NCBI RefSeq assembly: GCF_964188315.1
Contig: NC_135659.1
Coordinates: forward strand, 42,160,001 to 42,224,000
Reading direction: 5' to 3'
From: Podarcis muralis
Taxonomy: Eukaryota
Length of the DNA stretch: 64,000 nt
In this document: positions 38,471 to 52,906 of the stretch, in pieces
How the letters are laid out: every line of letters starts with the position of its first letter
Position numbering within the stretch: position 1 is the first letter of the stretch
Program-made: the position numbers and the translations under genes
The notes under the pieces: generated by a model
The model's database searches: none
What the model was told of the DNA's origin: nothing
Seen by the model: the letters and a program-made list of their open reading frames with translations, nothing else

Positions 38471-41400
38471 CCTCCTCTTTCCCTCACTGGACGTGTTGTA
38501 TTGTTCCTGCAACCATATCACCCCTGCCTGTTTCCATCAGAAGAAAGATGCCCCTCTCTCTTCCCCTCTCTTAACACACCTTCCCCAGGCACATAATAAT
38601 ACAGTTCAAACACTGTAATAACAGATGTACTAATTTAAAGTGCTGTTGACCATAAAAACAGACCTTAAAAACTCTTTCTTTCTTTCTTTTTGCAAAATTA
38701 TTCTGCCATAGTTGGGGCTTTTGTTTCCCATTATGTAAAACCTAGTCGTTGCCTCAGATTTTTTTTAAATGCAGAAAAATATTTGGACCCAGATATTCAA
38801 ACCAGTCTCACTTTTTTAACAGAAGTCATGATAAACTTTTCCACTGTGATGTAAGAGATACATTCTGTACATCTGAGGCTACGCTAGAGTAACATAATAG
38901 AAAAGCACTGCTTCTTTCATGTATCTGGTTCAATTGCCAGAGGCCTTTACAGATGATAATAATTATTATTAGCACCTCCCATACAACATTACAATATGTC
39001 TTTTTAAATAAATTGATTTATAAAACTTTTTGCAGATAAAATGGCACCAGCTTTAATGCTCAGTCTTAACAAAATCAATAGCTAGTGGGCATCTGCAAAG
39101 ATGTGAGGGCACAATTGCACTTGCTCATATAGAAAAACAAATACAAAATACAAATGTGGCTTGTATCAAAGAAATCAAGAAACTTTATTTTTTAAAAATC
39201 AAAATACATTTCTATACTACCTTTCACATTAGTCACAAGGCAGTGAAAAACGACTTTTAAAATATGTAAGCATTAAACAAGATTATTGATCACAAACAAA
39301 CAAACAAGGATTACATGGAGTGAAAGTCTTAGGTTTCTATCCAATGTAGTATGAGGCGACAGTCAGAGCAAATATATCTGTTTGTGCAATGGGACTTTTG
39401 CCCCACTCCTCCCCCACCATAAACCCTGTGTCATCCCCAAATGTGCACCAGAAGATTGGGGAAAACCCTAAAACAGATTTTAGAGACACATCAGGGGAGG
39501 AAGTGGGGGAAGATCCATTGCACAAGAGAAAATATTTTCACCAATGAGACGGTTACTCAGCGCTGCATTTGATACAAGCCTCATCGCCCTCCCCCCCCCC
39601 CCGCCAACATCCCATGTCATTCGTGATGTGACTGTAGCTTGAGATCCCTCTCTTTAGAATAGCTTAACTACTTTTCTTTGGAAGCAATAAAATCTACTTT
39701 TATCTTAAAACGCTTAATAAAAACATTGATTGAGTGTCAATTAAAAACACAGTCTTCCCATTAGTATGAGGAAGCTTCTATTTTCCATTGGAAAACGACT
39801 TGGCCAATTTTAAATTGGCTCTTCATTTAGAAAACCAAAACCAAGCTGTAAGTGCTTTTGTATTTGCCCTTGTAGTGAAGTCCTTGTCTTAAGATATCTT
39901 CAAAATATTAGACACAAGAGACATCACAGCATTAGCCTAAGTTAGGCAGCTCTTTGCAAAATGTGACACTGTGAGCTGCCTTGATAAACAAATGCAGTTG
40001 GACATTTTCCATGCATTTATTTACGTGGTCACCTCATCTCCTACATGAGATGCAACTGCATAATGCAATTATGAATGGCAAGGTGTACATCCTGTACTAC
40101 TCCTAAAGACAAATCCTCACAAATGAGGATTAATAATAATTTTATTAAATGATTACAAACGACAATCACAAATGATGATTAATTAGTTTCATTTTAATGT
40201 ATACTGATTTAGTTCCATTTCTTGAAGCTTCTATTGTATGAACCTAGGTTCCAATTTCCATTCTATTAAAATGGTGTTAAGTTTACTAGCACACAAGAGT
40301 GTCTATTATTAGGCATGGACCTATCGGATGGCAAACTCATTATTTGCCATCAGACAAGAATGTTTGGGACAATTGATCTTTATCTGCCCAAATATTTTTC
40401 AGATTTTNNNNNNNNNNNNNNNNNNNNNNNNNNNNNNNNNNNNNNNNNNNNNNNNNNNNNNNNNNNNNNNNNNNNNNNNNNNNNNNNNNNNNNNNNNNNN
40501 NNNNNNNNNNNNNNNNNNNNNNNNNNNNNNNNNNNNNNNNNNNNNACTTCTATGAAAAATTTATTTCCACTTTAAATATTTCCCCCCTCTGGCTAATAAA
40601 AACAGACTGCAGTCCAAGTGAAAACAAGAAACATAATGATGTCAGGAGTCTGGTTTGAACCAGCAAAATATAGGAAATTCAGAATTAACACTTAAACGGT
40701 CTATATAAAAACCACTTTCTGCTCAGAGACCAGAGTGCTAAATCTAAGCCAGCAGAGCTATTTTAACCAGTTCCATCCATAGTCCCAACAGATGCTGAGT
40801 ATAGAGAGATATTTAAAAATATTTCAAAGAACTTACCAAAGCCTTAAAAAAGAAATTCAAGCATATGTGTGTTAATATTAGCATATATCTTTTGAGGTCT
40901 GAAAGTAAAATTTGTATATTCATAGTTACTAAATAGCCAAGACAATGTCAGTGATCAAACTATAGGGGGAAATGTACAAGCTCCTTTCCCTGACTCCTTC
41001 GAGTTTTAGGCAAATGATACACTTTCCATTGTAGCCTTTTAAAAATGGTAGCTTAGGAGCATCCATAATCTTTTTTTTTTAATGTAAAAACAATATTGCT
41101 GAGGTTCCATCAACTTTTATCTGACACTGGTCAAGTTGTGGAGGAAAAGCTTGGGTTGCCCGTGTTTCCTCTCCTGTGCTCCTCACTTGAAATAACTATT
41201 GGTGGCCAACATATATAATACTATACCTCAGGTAAGCTTTAAATTAATCCTATTCTGATGGTATGAATGTGTGAAACTACTAACATCAATTGCTGACTGG
41301 TGACTGATGCTACCAAGTCAGCTCCACCCCACCACTGCCCCCAAATTAAAACAAACTGGTAGATAACCAAAAGCAACAAACTAGAACAAGTAACCACTTA

Positions 41401-42779
41401 GAAAGCATGTGTATGCTCACTCTTGAAAAGGCTATCGGGTGTTGGTGGTGGGAGTCACTTCAAAATCATCTAACGACATAAACAGAAAGGTCATAGTCAA
41501 TTTTAGCCGCGGCCACTGATCTCCGCAGCACTGACTGTATCTTGCTGTTTGAGGTGAGGCCAAATATGACATTCATTCCCATGCCATTAAACAAAAACAA
41601 ACCAGAAATATCCTACTACGACAAACTCGCTTAAATAGCTGGTCTTGATGGATCATGTCAGCATGACCAGTTATTTTGCTAATTGGCTAAAAAGAGCAAC
41701 AACTGGAGGACAGGTGGTGTTTTCAAAATGTTCATGTCATTACATGAACTCATTACTTCTCTGCATCTTTCCTGTCATAATTATCTGATCACAGGACTGT
41801 TCCTATCAAAGCACAATCTTGCCCGCATCTTGTCATCTAGGGCCTTTCAAACTGTAAAGCTCTCTCACGTAGGCTTCCGGTCCCGCCTGCCTTAATGGAG
41901 GCAGCCCCCATGACAGCGGGGGATTGTCGACGAACGAAAAACAAGGATGACAGAGGGTAAATCATCATTGCAAATTCCTCCCAGGTATGGGGGAATGGGC
42001 TTCACTCGCAGGTCATCTCGGTACCTGGCTCTCACTCTGGCATGGAATATGGAAGGCAGTGAGGCGCTGAGTGCAAATGCACTTCGCCTGGCAAAAACCC
42101 TCCTATGCCACCATTAAGAAGCAGAGGTTCTCTATTTAATCAGATCTTTGATTGGCTTTAAAGTACTGGTACATGATGGGAAAGGGTTGCAACAACATAC
42201 CGCCGAATATACCAGCTACGTGGAGCAACAGTTTGAATTGAGATAAGATTTTCTTCAGCATGAGAAGCGGTTGGGGAGAGGGAAGCCCATGATTTGTTTC
42301 TTCTGAGCTTCTTTTATAAATTTAGGATTTGGCAACCCTCTCCGGAATATAAGATAAAAAGATATTTGTAAGTGAGGAAGGGACATTGGAGTAATATTGA
42401 TATTAAAAAAGCAAAAACGGAAACTGCATTTGATCTGAAATGAAGAAAGGAGGGGGAGAGGAAGCTCAAGTATGACTGTGTTGGAAAGACAGAGTCATTC
42501 TCCTCACCTCTACCTTCTCCCACCTTTTCCTAGGTTGAGTGGAAAATGGCGAAGATCTGTGGCAGTTTAACTAGTGAGACAGAATGGTTTCCAGCAGACT
42601 TGTTGCCTGTTCTGAGACACTGAAGCAAGTGACGGAGAGATAAGACCTCTGAGAAACTTCGAGATTCAGTTGCGCCCCAAGTCATGATGGGAGGAAAACA
42701 ACAGCAGGAAAGTGAAATAGACAACACCATATATGGACAGAAGGAATCTCCATGGATATAACGGTTTTCAAACACATGG

Positions 42780-43100
42780 CAGAATAAAGATAATAGTTTG
42801 AGTTCCTGACTTGAAGCTTTATGAATTTATGTAATGTAACATCACGAATGGAAATCTTTAATTATGTAGCTGTTGACTAAGGGATTATTATTATAACTGA
42901 AATGTAACTGACATTCATTAAGATTATGGAACGCAGCAATATAAGATCGGAAATGCACCCAGACCATAATGCAGGGAGCCACTTTAACTAAAATGTATTA
43001 ATTGGAAGTTGATTGGTGCTTTGATAATTGTAAAATTTGGGAATTAATTGTTATTGTTATAATTTGGCTATTATTGGGGGTATATTGGAAAACTAATAAA
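42780..43100 (+). mobile_element. Possible L1-like LINE 3' UTR and poly(A) remnant
   Basis: AT-rich UTR-like text ending CTAATAAAAATTATTAAAAAAATAAA. No coding motif was recognised. Confidence 0.35.
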
Positions 43101-44126
43101 AATTATTAAAAAAATAAAGCTCTCTCATGTAATATCAGTTTGCATGTACAAGTGTCTACCACAAGGAAGGTTTCACTATATTTCTAATGCAGAACATCTC
43201 TCCATCACCTGTGCTGCAGAAGGAGCCTCAGTCTAATGTGTGGGAACATACAAGCTTACCAGAAATCGTACAGTTTAGCTATTTAGAAGGCTATTTGAAA
43301 TTGTAATTCCAGCCTCTTCCATGCCCCCTCTAATAGGGCCACGCACCTGTGCAGTCTTGGCAGGTGCATCTGGGGCAGAACTGTTCACTGAGCACGCAAG
43401 TCTCTCATCCAGCTAGGGATACAAATGTGAAAAGCCTATAAAAGAACCTCCACACTTCAGCCACATACGTTAAACCACAGACTAAATCCATAATTGAGCA
43501 TAGATTAAGCACAAACTCACCAAGCTGGGACCACAGACCAGAGTTAAAATTAGTGAAGCTGACTGATGTTTTGGCTTCTGTTCAGCTAACAAATTGTGCC
43601 AAGAGGAAGCCCTGCCTCACAATTTTAGTCAGTTTTGGATAAATCTCAATCCGGGTCTTAATGCTTGGCAAAAGAGAGGTTTTCCCTCTCTCCTGTCTCT
43701 GGCAAGGAGAGGTGTGGTTGGCTCCTTCCAATGTCCAAGCAGGTCAGCAATTCAAAGATAGACACTTCTCCTGGGGAAGAGAACACCTGTAACTTGGTGT
43801 AAGATATGCATCTATTTCCAGCTTATTTATTCACCTGGGCTTTTATGACAGGAATCTGCATGGTGGGATCAGGTGGACAGAGTTCAAATAAATGCATGTG
43901 GTGGCAAGCTGTTCCATCTGCCTTGCCCCACATTCCTTCACTAGGGAACAGTTCCCAGGACTTGGAGGTGACTTTTGGACTAAGGCATTAAAAACAGACC
44001 CTATACTGTAAGCAACAAATACCAATCTGTCAAGCACCAATGATTTGCTATTTAAAGGTTTCCAAACTTTTTAAAATCTGTTTCCCCCCCCCCCCATCTG
44101 AAGGCCCATGGTACACTATGTTTATA

Positions 44127-44357
44127 CAATGGTACCTTGGGTTAAGAACTTAATTCGTTCTGGAGGTCCATTCTTAACCTGAAACTGTTCTTAACCTGAG
44201 ATACCACTTTAGCTAATGGGGCCTCCTGCTGCTGCAGCGTAATTTCTGTTCTCATCATGAAGCAAAGTTCTTAACCCGAGGTACTATTTCTGGGTTAGTG
44301 GAGTCTGTAACCTGAAGTGTCTGTAACCTGAAGCGTCTGTAACCCGAAGTACCACTG
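44127..44357. mobile_element. Tigger-like MITE, copy C
   Basis: TA|CAATGGTACC...AGTACCACTG|TA ends, with the same interior as copy A. Confidence 0.9.
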
Positions 44358-44435
44358 TATAGTTATATTCATATTCATATAAACAATAGTGTTTAGTTTC
44401 CCCCCACATCCCATTTATCACCATTATCACTTTAT

Positions 44436-44552
44436 TACTTGAATCAAAGTTGGAAGGGACCACAGATCTAGACCAACCCCCTGCAATGCAAGAATCTTTC
44501 ACCCAACATTGGGCTCAAACCGACTGAGCTATTCTACCGGCTGAGCTGTCCC
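44436..44552 (-). mobile_element. Short tRNA-headed (Lys-like) SINE with a CR1-derived 3' tail
   Basis: The minus strand reads GGGACAGCTCAGCCGGTAGA (A box)...GGTTTGAGCCC (B box)...TTGCATTGCAGGGGGTTGGTCTAGAT-CTGTGGTCCCTTCCAACTTTGATTC. The tail aligns to the CR1 3'UTR at about 38386-38447. Confidence 0.75.
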
Positions 44553-47500
44553 TCAGGGCTACTTTCCCATACCATGGCAACTTACAGTATACAGAATTAA
44601 AATAGTGGGTTAATATTTAGTTGCTGGGCCCATAGCTGCCCTGTCTCTTTGTGACAACAGAGCAGGAAATCAATAACAATAAAGCCAAGCTCGATGACCC
44701 CATAATACCTATATTGTTTGCCAAGCCTTATTGTGAAAAAAGAATGGATTGGCCACTCTGATAGAGAAGCCTTAACTTCCATTTGACTAGACTATCTGGG
44801 CCAGTACAAAATTGCCACATACCTTTGAACTGGCGTGGTTCCACATGGAAGCAGTGACATCAAAAACCATATTTGTCTGCAGTTCTATTACACACTTACC
44901 TGGGCACAAGTCACACTGAATTCAGAGGGACTTACCTCTGTGTAGACATGTATAGCACATTAGCCAGGGCTGATGTGAATTGTAGTCCAAGCCGTCTGGA
45001 GGACAACTGGTTGGTGAAAGATGACGTGCAGGATCGCACCATCTTGAGGGATGATGCCTCAAGGAGAACTATATTAATGTGCCTCCATGAAAAGTTGCTA
45101 CTGAAATGCATTGGGGATCTAACTACTTACATAAAGGCATTTTATCATTTTATAAGATTATATTTTATATTACTGTTTTGAGGCACCCTTCCCTTTTGCT
45201 TCTGTTTGTATGTATTTGGAGAGACCTGTGTGGCAATAAGCTGTTAGATGTTCTTCCTTCCACATGGAACACTGCAAAGGTGAAAAACTTTTTTAGTGAC
45301 CCTTGTGTGGCAGTAGCAACATTTCGAACCAGCCCTCTGTAGGACATAAATACAGTATGTACAAGGTTTTTAAAAAGTCATTAAAGACTTTCCCATTTTG
45401 GGTACAGAGAGGACAAGCCATTTCTTTCAGCTACCCCGAATATACAGTTTGCAGAATGAAAACTCTCTCACAAAGAATAATTTATGGAATAACACGTTTT
45501 AGAATGTTTAGGCTGCTTATGAATAAATCAAAGGTTGTGTCTACTAATTTTGAGTGTGCCAGTCTTAAAACCTATTTCAAATGTTTGAAAGCATGGTAAG
45601 AAACTTCAAAAGCACAGCAAAGGAAGCTTTATAAGGAGTCATAAGTTAAAAGAGGATTGCCCTCTGCATTCATGATGATAAATTATCTACTTTGAAGGAG
45701 AGGACAAAGAAATAAAACAAATATGAAAAATTGTCCTGATATAATTAATAGAGTAGCTCTGGACACCACATGCTAAATGACTCTTATTTTAAATATACTT
45801 TGGTTTAATTTTGCTTAGTTTGGTCTCTTTTTAAAAAAAAACAAGCACACAGACAGAACTTACACTGAAGAATTTGCTGTTGTTCCCTGCTGGGAATCCA
45901 CCTGTTTCTGTCAGTCCCTTGATAGTTGTAAAAATTCTGGATTATCTTGACTTGCTACAGCAGGTCAAAGGGATAAACTTCTGTGAAGCTAACATTTGTT
46001 AGGTGAAACCACAGAGATACTTTAAAAACAACCTCCCACATTCTGAAATTCATAATTACGCATACTGTAGCGGATATTGGAAGCACCAAGGGTTCTGCCA
46101 AATATGTAGCTTTAACCCAATGACTTGTAAGGAATAAGCTCAAATGTAGCTATATCTGGTTGACAACCAGATGTTTCTAATGCCATATTCACTTTGCTGC
46201 CTAGTACAGGGTGCTGAAACCATGAATGTAAGCTTTTATCCTGCCACCTTTATGCTTGCTGCTGATGCCCTTTCTCATAGCAATCCTACTCCATATATAA
46301 CTGCTCACCCAAACTCCAAAAAATGCCCTCTGCGTTTTGTAAAATAGCATGCCAGGGATCATGCAGAAAATTAGCAGATCAGAAAGATTTCGTATGGCCC
46401 TTTTGTGGGGAATGCAGAGGATGCATTTATGCAGGGGTCTCATTTGCCCACATGAAGCTCCCTGGCTATTTAGATACTTTTCAGAGGGCCCCCTTTCAGG
46501 CTCCACTGCTACAGAGATGAGACAGGGAATAGGGCCTTTCAGTTATGGTGCTCCAACTCTTTGCCTTGCGACGCATTGAACTTGGTGAGCTTTTGGTGCT
46601 CATTTGCTGTGGCCTTGTAGATGTTGAGTTTTTGTGCAGTCTGTGCAAGCTTCATCTGCTTTATTGTTCTTTTTTGCTGCTCCTGATTTGTGCTGTACAC
46701 TTATCTCTCCTTCTAGTAGTAACCTCAGGAGGTGAGCGCTGATGAAAATGTAGCTGAAACAGGGACACTGAGAAACAAAACGGGGTGGGAGAATCAGCAG
46801 GCTCAGTGGAATTCCAAGGTTTACAGAGGTACAAAACTGAACAAAAACTTTAAGGGACGGGGACAGCCCAGCATGCTTAGTGGCCTCAGGATACTGAATA
46901 TCTGATGGGTGTACAGTAGATCTAGAATGCCATAGCAGAATACAAGGGAGTATCCTGGAAGGGTGAATGGCTGGCTGGAACACTGCTACCACTGTTTGTT
47001 GCAAGGCCCACTTGGTTGTTTTTTTTTTAGTTTTCATCCTGTGGGCTGCTATGAGAAGTTAAATAAATACATGCAAATTCTAAAAGGTTCAAAATTTCTT
47101 AAATTTCTTAAATAAACGAATGAGAAATGAGAAAGTCACTCCCCTCCCATGTCTGCAATTGAAAGTGGTATTGACCAGAATTCTTCCACCACATTGTGTT
47201 ACACAATGACTCTTTAGTCTGTTGCACAAAGCAAAGCAAGCAGACTTTGGGCACCTGGTATGCAGCGCCAAGCATACTGTGGCTCATGGGTACTACTGTA
47301 TGTACTTCCCTTGTTCCTAACACCTGTCGACTTTATCAACAATTCTGTAGTTGTCGTAACATATTTGTCACATATACTTGTGGCAAGCCTTATCTTTGAC
47401 ACCAACACACCTACCCTCATATGCTGGTGAATCGCAGGATAGACTGCAAAGTGAGGATCAAGGGGTTTTCCAGCACGGGACTACTGTTTTGTACTCCATC

Positions 47501-48451
47501 AGTGCAAGGAATTGTTGGAATCTGTTAAAAATGACAATTGCAGCTTGTGAATCTAACCAGCCGGGCAGATTTCAATGAGAACACAAAACTAAAACAAGCC
47601 ACCACCTCTATCGGGAAGCACTGAACATGTTAGCTTGGTTTGTGGAGGGGAAGGAAGAGAGGCTCTTGTTGGACCTGTTGGCCTCTCGGAGAATGACAAT
47701 TTACTTCTCAGGAGGAGATAAGCCTGATCACAGCCTGATAGAGGTTTGAACGCTGTGCCAACAACTCTCCTCGCAAGCACGTCCACCTCTCCTAGCAAGC
47801 TTTGTGCAGCTGTAACGTGAGCAGAGATCTGTATGTGAGTCATGCAGGAAAAATAGAGGACACGAGCATTTTTTTCTGTAAACAAAGCCAGGGATCCGCT
47901 GATGTCACTGCTTGTTGGCAAATGAATGGAAATGCACAATTCGGAACCAAAAGGTGAGTCAAATAAGAAATATGTCCAAGGAAGCAAGACTGCCCAGACT
48001 ATTCCCCCCCCCCCCCGGAGCCAAAACATGTGACAGATCCAGAAGCAAATCCAAAGCAACCAAACCCAACTGCCTGCTGAGTCTCTGCCAAGCAGCCAGA
48101 TGCTGCTGCTTTAAAAATATCTTCCACAACTGAGTGTCTGCACGATCTGATTGCCATAAAATGAGGAACAGGAATTGGAGTGTGGAACAGCAGGGAGATT
48201 ACTACTGCTTTTTTATGCTCAGTTCAAAGTGCTCCATGGTGAAGGGAAGCAGAGGATGCAGGGCTTATGAGCCACATGAGCATGTGGACATCTGGTAACC
48301 CTTGGTATGGATCATGCGTAGGTGCGCTAGACAAATATTGCTTTTCGTGTGCCCAAACTCACCCACATTCTGGGTGATCTGCAACTGCATACAGTGTGCT
48401 GGCCACTTCTGCCTGGATCATACAATCCTGTGGCCACTAAGGGCCCTCCAA

Positions 48452-48576
48452 ACCCTCCAAGTGTCCCTATTTTCCAGGGACAGTCCCAGATTTACAGAAG
48501 CCATCCCAGTTTCTGATTTGATTGTCCCGCTTTTCCTTAGGATGTACCTATTTTCAATGGAGAAACGTTGGAGGGT
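48452..48576. mobile_element. Small MITE with ACCCTCCAA/TTGGAGGGT termini
   Basis: 9-bp TIRs and internal TGTCCC repeats. A second right end occurs at about 48737-48772. Confidence 0.65.
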
Positions 48577-49374
48577 AAGGAGATAAGTAACTATACAACC
48601 TTTAGAAGACAGCCCTGTATAAGGAAGGTTTTTAAAAAAATGTTTAATGTTTTATATATGTTGGAAGCCACCCATAGGGGCAACCCAGTCAGTTGGGCGG
48701 GGTGCAAATAATAAAATTGTTGTTATTGTTAAACAGCATGTCCCCATTTTCACTGGAGAAATGTTGAAGGGTATGGCCTTCTCGTGGTGCAGGAGAACTA
48801 AGCAAGACAGAACTGGTTAGCCATGGGTGCCCTGTTCTCATATAAACATGGGAAGTGAGTTGGATATTCTTCTCTTTGTAGAGAAGGGCAGGGATAACAC
48901 GCTCACCCTGCCTCATCTCATTACACCAGGGGAAGCTGAGGCCCTTCAGAGGACATCGGACTGCAACTCCCAATATCCCTCAACAATGGCCATGTTGGCT
49001 GGGGCTGATGGGAGTTGTAGTCCAACAACAGCCCTGCATTACACACTGTTACTTTAAGCCAAGAGTACAGAACTTGTAGCCCTCAGATGTTGGGCTACAT
49101 GTCCAATCAGCCCCGACCATTGGCTATGCTGGCTGGGTCTGATGGGAGTTGGAGTACAGCACCTGGGCTGGGAAAGAGCCAGACAAGGATGTTTTGGGTT
49201 TTTTTTGCCAGCTCTTTTTCACTCAAAGAATTTACCCCACTCACCCTTTATCCGTGAAATGAGGCAAACATATAGATAAAACGCACATTGTGACATCACC
49301 CCAGTCCTGAGCAGGACTCAGACGCAGAGGAGGAGAATCCAGTCAAATTCGCAAATGGTGGAGGCAAAACACAG

Positions 49375-49730
49375 ATATCATGGCTAGTAGCCATTGATAG
49401 CCTAATCCTCCATGAATTTGTCTAGTCCTTTCTGAAGTCATCCAAGTTGTTGCTCATCACTACATCTTGTGGTAATATGTTCCATAGTTTAACCATGCGC
49501 TGTGCAAAGAAGTACTCGCTTTTGTCAGTCTGGAACACACCAACATTCAGGTTTGCCGAATGACCCCTGAGTTCTAGCATGAGAAGTGAGGGAGAAAAAC
49601 TTCTTTTTGTCTACTTGCTCCCCATCATGCCTACCTCTTGCCTACCTCTGCCATGTCCCTCTTACTCGTGTGTTTTTTTCTTTTCTAAGCTAGGAAGTCC
49701 CTATGACTGTAACCTTTCCTCATAGGAGAG
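49375..49730 (-). mobile_element. Old CR1 3' fragment
   Basis: The minus strand encodes decayed RLQSxGL.SLEK...RTQGSF.KLNV...QTDK.EYFFAQRMVKLWN.LPQDV, followed by the UTR GGCTATCAATGGCTACTAGCCATGA. Confidence 0.75.
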
Positions 49731-50541
49731 GATGCTATTGCCCTCAGCACCTGCTTTTAGTTGGTCACTGTGAGAACAGGATGCTGAACTAGTTGGTACT
49801 GCTGGCCTGACCCAGCAGGCTCTTCTTATTTTCTTATGCTCCACACTATCAATCATTTTCATTGCTCCTTCCTGCACTTTCCCCCCTGGTGGCACAATAT
49901 CCATTTTGAGATGCTACAACCCAAACCAGAATAGAATCAATAAGTGTGGTGGTACACATAGAATTGTATTATGGGTATGCATTATGGTATTGGCAGTTTT
50001 AGTTTTTGAACCTTCCCCTAATTATCTCTTAACACTGAATTTACTTTTCTCATAGCTGCTGAACAGCCCTCACTCAGCAAGGTTGGTGTGAAAATAAATC
50101 AAGGTGTGAAGAGATATACGGCATCATTTGGAGCTAGGACTCTGTGGGAACAACTTACCAGAGCAAATGAAAAAAGGAAAGGAGTGGGCCTTGATGACTT
50201 GCATATGAATGTGTGAACTGACTAAGTTGAAAGGCATTGTTTTCAAACTTCAAATCTCTTTTATTTCTTTTTGCAAAAAAAAAAAAAAAAAAAGAAGAAG
50301 AAGAAAAAAGAAAATAAAGAAAATAAATAAAAGCCACCCAGGAGCCAATCCACTGTTCCCACTGGTGCTTTTGCACCATGCCAACCTTGCTGCCGCCGCC
50401 TCCCCAATCGCTCCTGGCAAGCAGTAGTAACACAACTGATCGGAGGTCAAGTGAGCTGTATCACTCCGCCATGCCATCTACTACTGCTAGCATGGACATT
50501 CTATCTGTGGCATGTGGGGCAGGAAGACTCACATACATGTA

Positions 50542-50767
50542 CAGTGGTACCGCAGGTTACAGACGCTTCAGGTTACAGACTCCGCTAACCCAGAAATAGT
50601 ACCTCGGGTTAAGAACTTTGCTTCAGGATGAGAACAGAAATCGCATGGCAACGTCACAGCGGAAGCGGCAGGCCCCATTAGCTAAAGTGGTACCTCAGGT
50701 TAAGAACGGTTTCAGGTTAAGAACGGACCTCTGGAACGAATTAAGTTCTTAACCCGAGGTACCACTG
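50542..50767. mobile_element. Tigger-like MITE, copy D
   Basis: TA|CAGTGGTACC...GAGGTACCACTG|TA ends; CpGs are largely retained. Confidence 0.92.
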
Positions 50768-51325
50768 TACAAGTCATAATATGCATGCGTAGGCCCTTAT
50801 AGCCACTTTTTGTGAGTTAATCTTTGTACTTGAGTATGCACACCGCTCCTCCAGGACAAAATACACATGGATCACATCAAATGTGAGTGCATATATAATG
50901 CACCACTTTCCTCCTTCAAGCATATAGAAGCAGCAGTATTGAATACAACATGCATAGTTTATTTTTTATGCAATCCATGTGTATTATATGTAAATTTAGA
51001 ATAGCAGGTTTCATTGCATTTATACATTTAATTAAATTCATTCTACAAGCATCAGGATTTTAAACATCCTGGTTATAATTATATTGGGATAGATCCAGTG
51101 GTCCTGGGTTGATATTTTTGCCGATTCCCCCTTCCCCCTTTAGCCTCCAGTGCCACCTCCGTTCCGTGAAGCAGGCTTTCAGAGTGCACAGGGACTTCCA
51201 CGGGAAAGGGGGAATCAACAGCAATTGCTTCCACCTCTGTCACACCAGTGGGAATTCTTTGCTGAATCAGAAGCCTTCCACAGATTGAAGGAGCCACTCT
51301 GTTCATGACGACAAAGTCTGGGCTA

Positions 51326-51327
<2 letters not shown>

Positions 51328-51372
<45 letters not shown>
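51328..51372. repeat. (CA)n microsatellite
   Basis: Directly visible. Confidence 0.96.
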
Positions 51373-51373
<1 letters not shown>

Positions 51374-52872
51374 CATATTAAAATGTGAATGAGGTAAGCA
51401 CCATCTTGATCACATGCACACGTTTCGGTTTTGGTGAATCAGAGAGAAGGAGTCCCTATTTATTCACAAGGCATGGAAGGCCTGATCAAGACTGCAGTGG
51501 AGGAGAAAGAAGAGAGGAGTTGGTTTGCAACGCAGACAGGTCCAAGCCATGTAATGTTTATTTTAAAATGCAGAACCCACATTCTAATTTTATGTAAATC
51601 ATGGCTCAGACATTTAGATGGTGCATATTTACATAGCTATATATTCAAGTAGCAGTAGCAGGGTGCAACTTATCATAAATTAACATCACTCTATCTCTTT
51701 TGCGCTCAGATTCCTAGCCACAGTTTCCCCCCTGTGACAGGTGATTGTAGACTATAATATCAAAATGAAGTCATAATGAGGATTATGAAAACAAAAAAGT
51801 AGACTTATGCTTCCCTCTAACTCCTCAAGATATTATATGCTTTCAGAACTGAGTTTCATGCATTGTTTGCAAAATACAGAACAGGTAGCAAAGATGAAGA
51901 AGGGAGAATGTAGGACAGGTTCTAAATGTTGCTTTCGACTGAACTAGTGCAGAGCTTTTAACTTATTTTCCTGCTTTGAATAGGTCAGTCCCATGCCATA
52001 TCACAAAATCCTGTAGTAATTTCCTTCTGTTTCAAAAGCAGTTTCCCATAAGGCACAGGGATGGAAGGAGAAGGGGTTGCAGGGGAAGAAACAGCCCTAT
52101 CACCAAGTCTGAAGTCTCCCTACAGTCTTCCACAGTGCTTTGGATCTTGAACTCAGATTGCATCAGATAAATACTGTTTAGAATGGTCACAGATGACCTA
52201 AACAACATGGACTTTGCAATTTCGGGTGGATTAGAAGAAACCATTGGTGGCTTTTAAATGAACGTTTGGATAAAGCTTGTAAAAAATCTAATCATTGCAA
52301 ATCCACTTCTAATGCACGCTGCAGCTTTAAAGACAGACGTGCCTCAATTTCAACTCTTATCTCAACAAGCTGATTCTTCAATTTATTCTCCTCGTCTTAG
52401 TGGTTCAATAATAATCTTTATGGTTGTTTAATTTGCCCCATTAAGAAAAAATACATTTGTAAAAACAAGGATGTCCTGAAAATGTCTCTTGTGTTTGGTT
52501 TAGGACTCATAGAGTTAATAGGCTGGGGGAGGAAAAATACCCACTTGCCTGAAGCCTGTCACCTTTCCTTGGCAATTACACNNNNNNNNNNNNNNNNNNN
52601 NNNNNNNNNNNNNNNNNNNNNNNNNNNNNNNNNNNNNNNNNNNNNNNNNNNNNNNNNNNNNNNNNNNNNNNNNNNNNNNNNNNNNNNNNNNNNNNNNNNN
52701 NNNNNNNNNNNNNTATAACGTTAAATTATATATAACAATTTCAAGTAGCTGATATCGGAACAAGTGACGAAACAGAGTATCAGGGACAAATGGAAAAAGA
52801 CAGAAACCAAAGACTTGGGGGTTTTCACCTCCCCTATTGTGTCTCATCTCCCTAAGATTTTGACTGTAATTT

Positions 52873-52906
<34 letters not shown>

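Noticed and set aside
51079-51369. 96-aa minus-strand ORF next to (CA)n, and a plus-strand acceptor-like tttag
   Set aside because: It starts within the microsatellite at a non-ATG codon, no frame gives a recognisable product, and there is no convincing donor.
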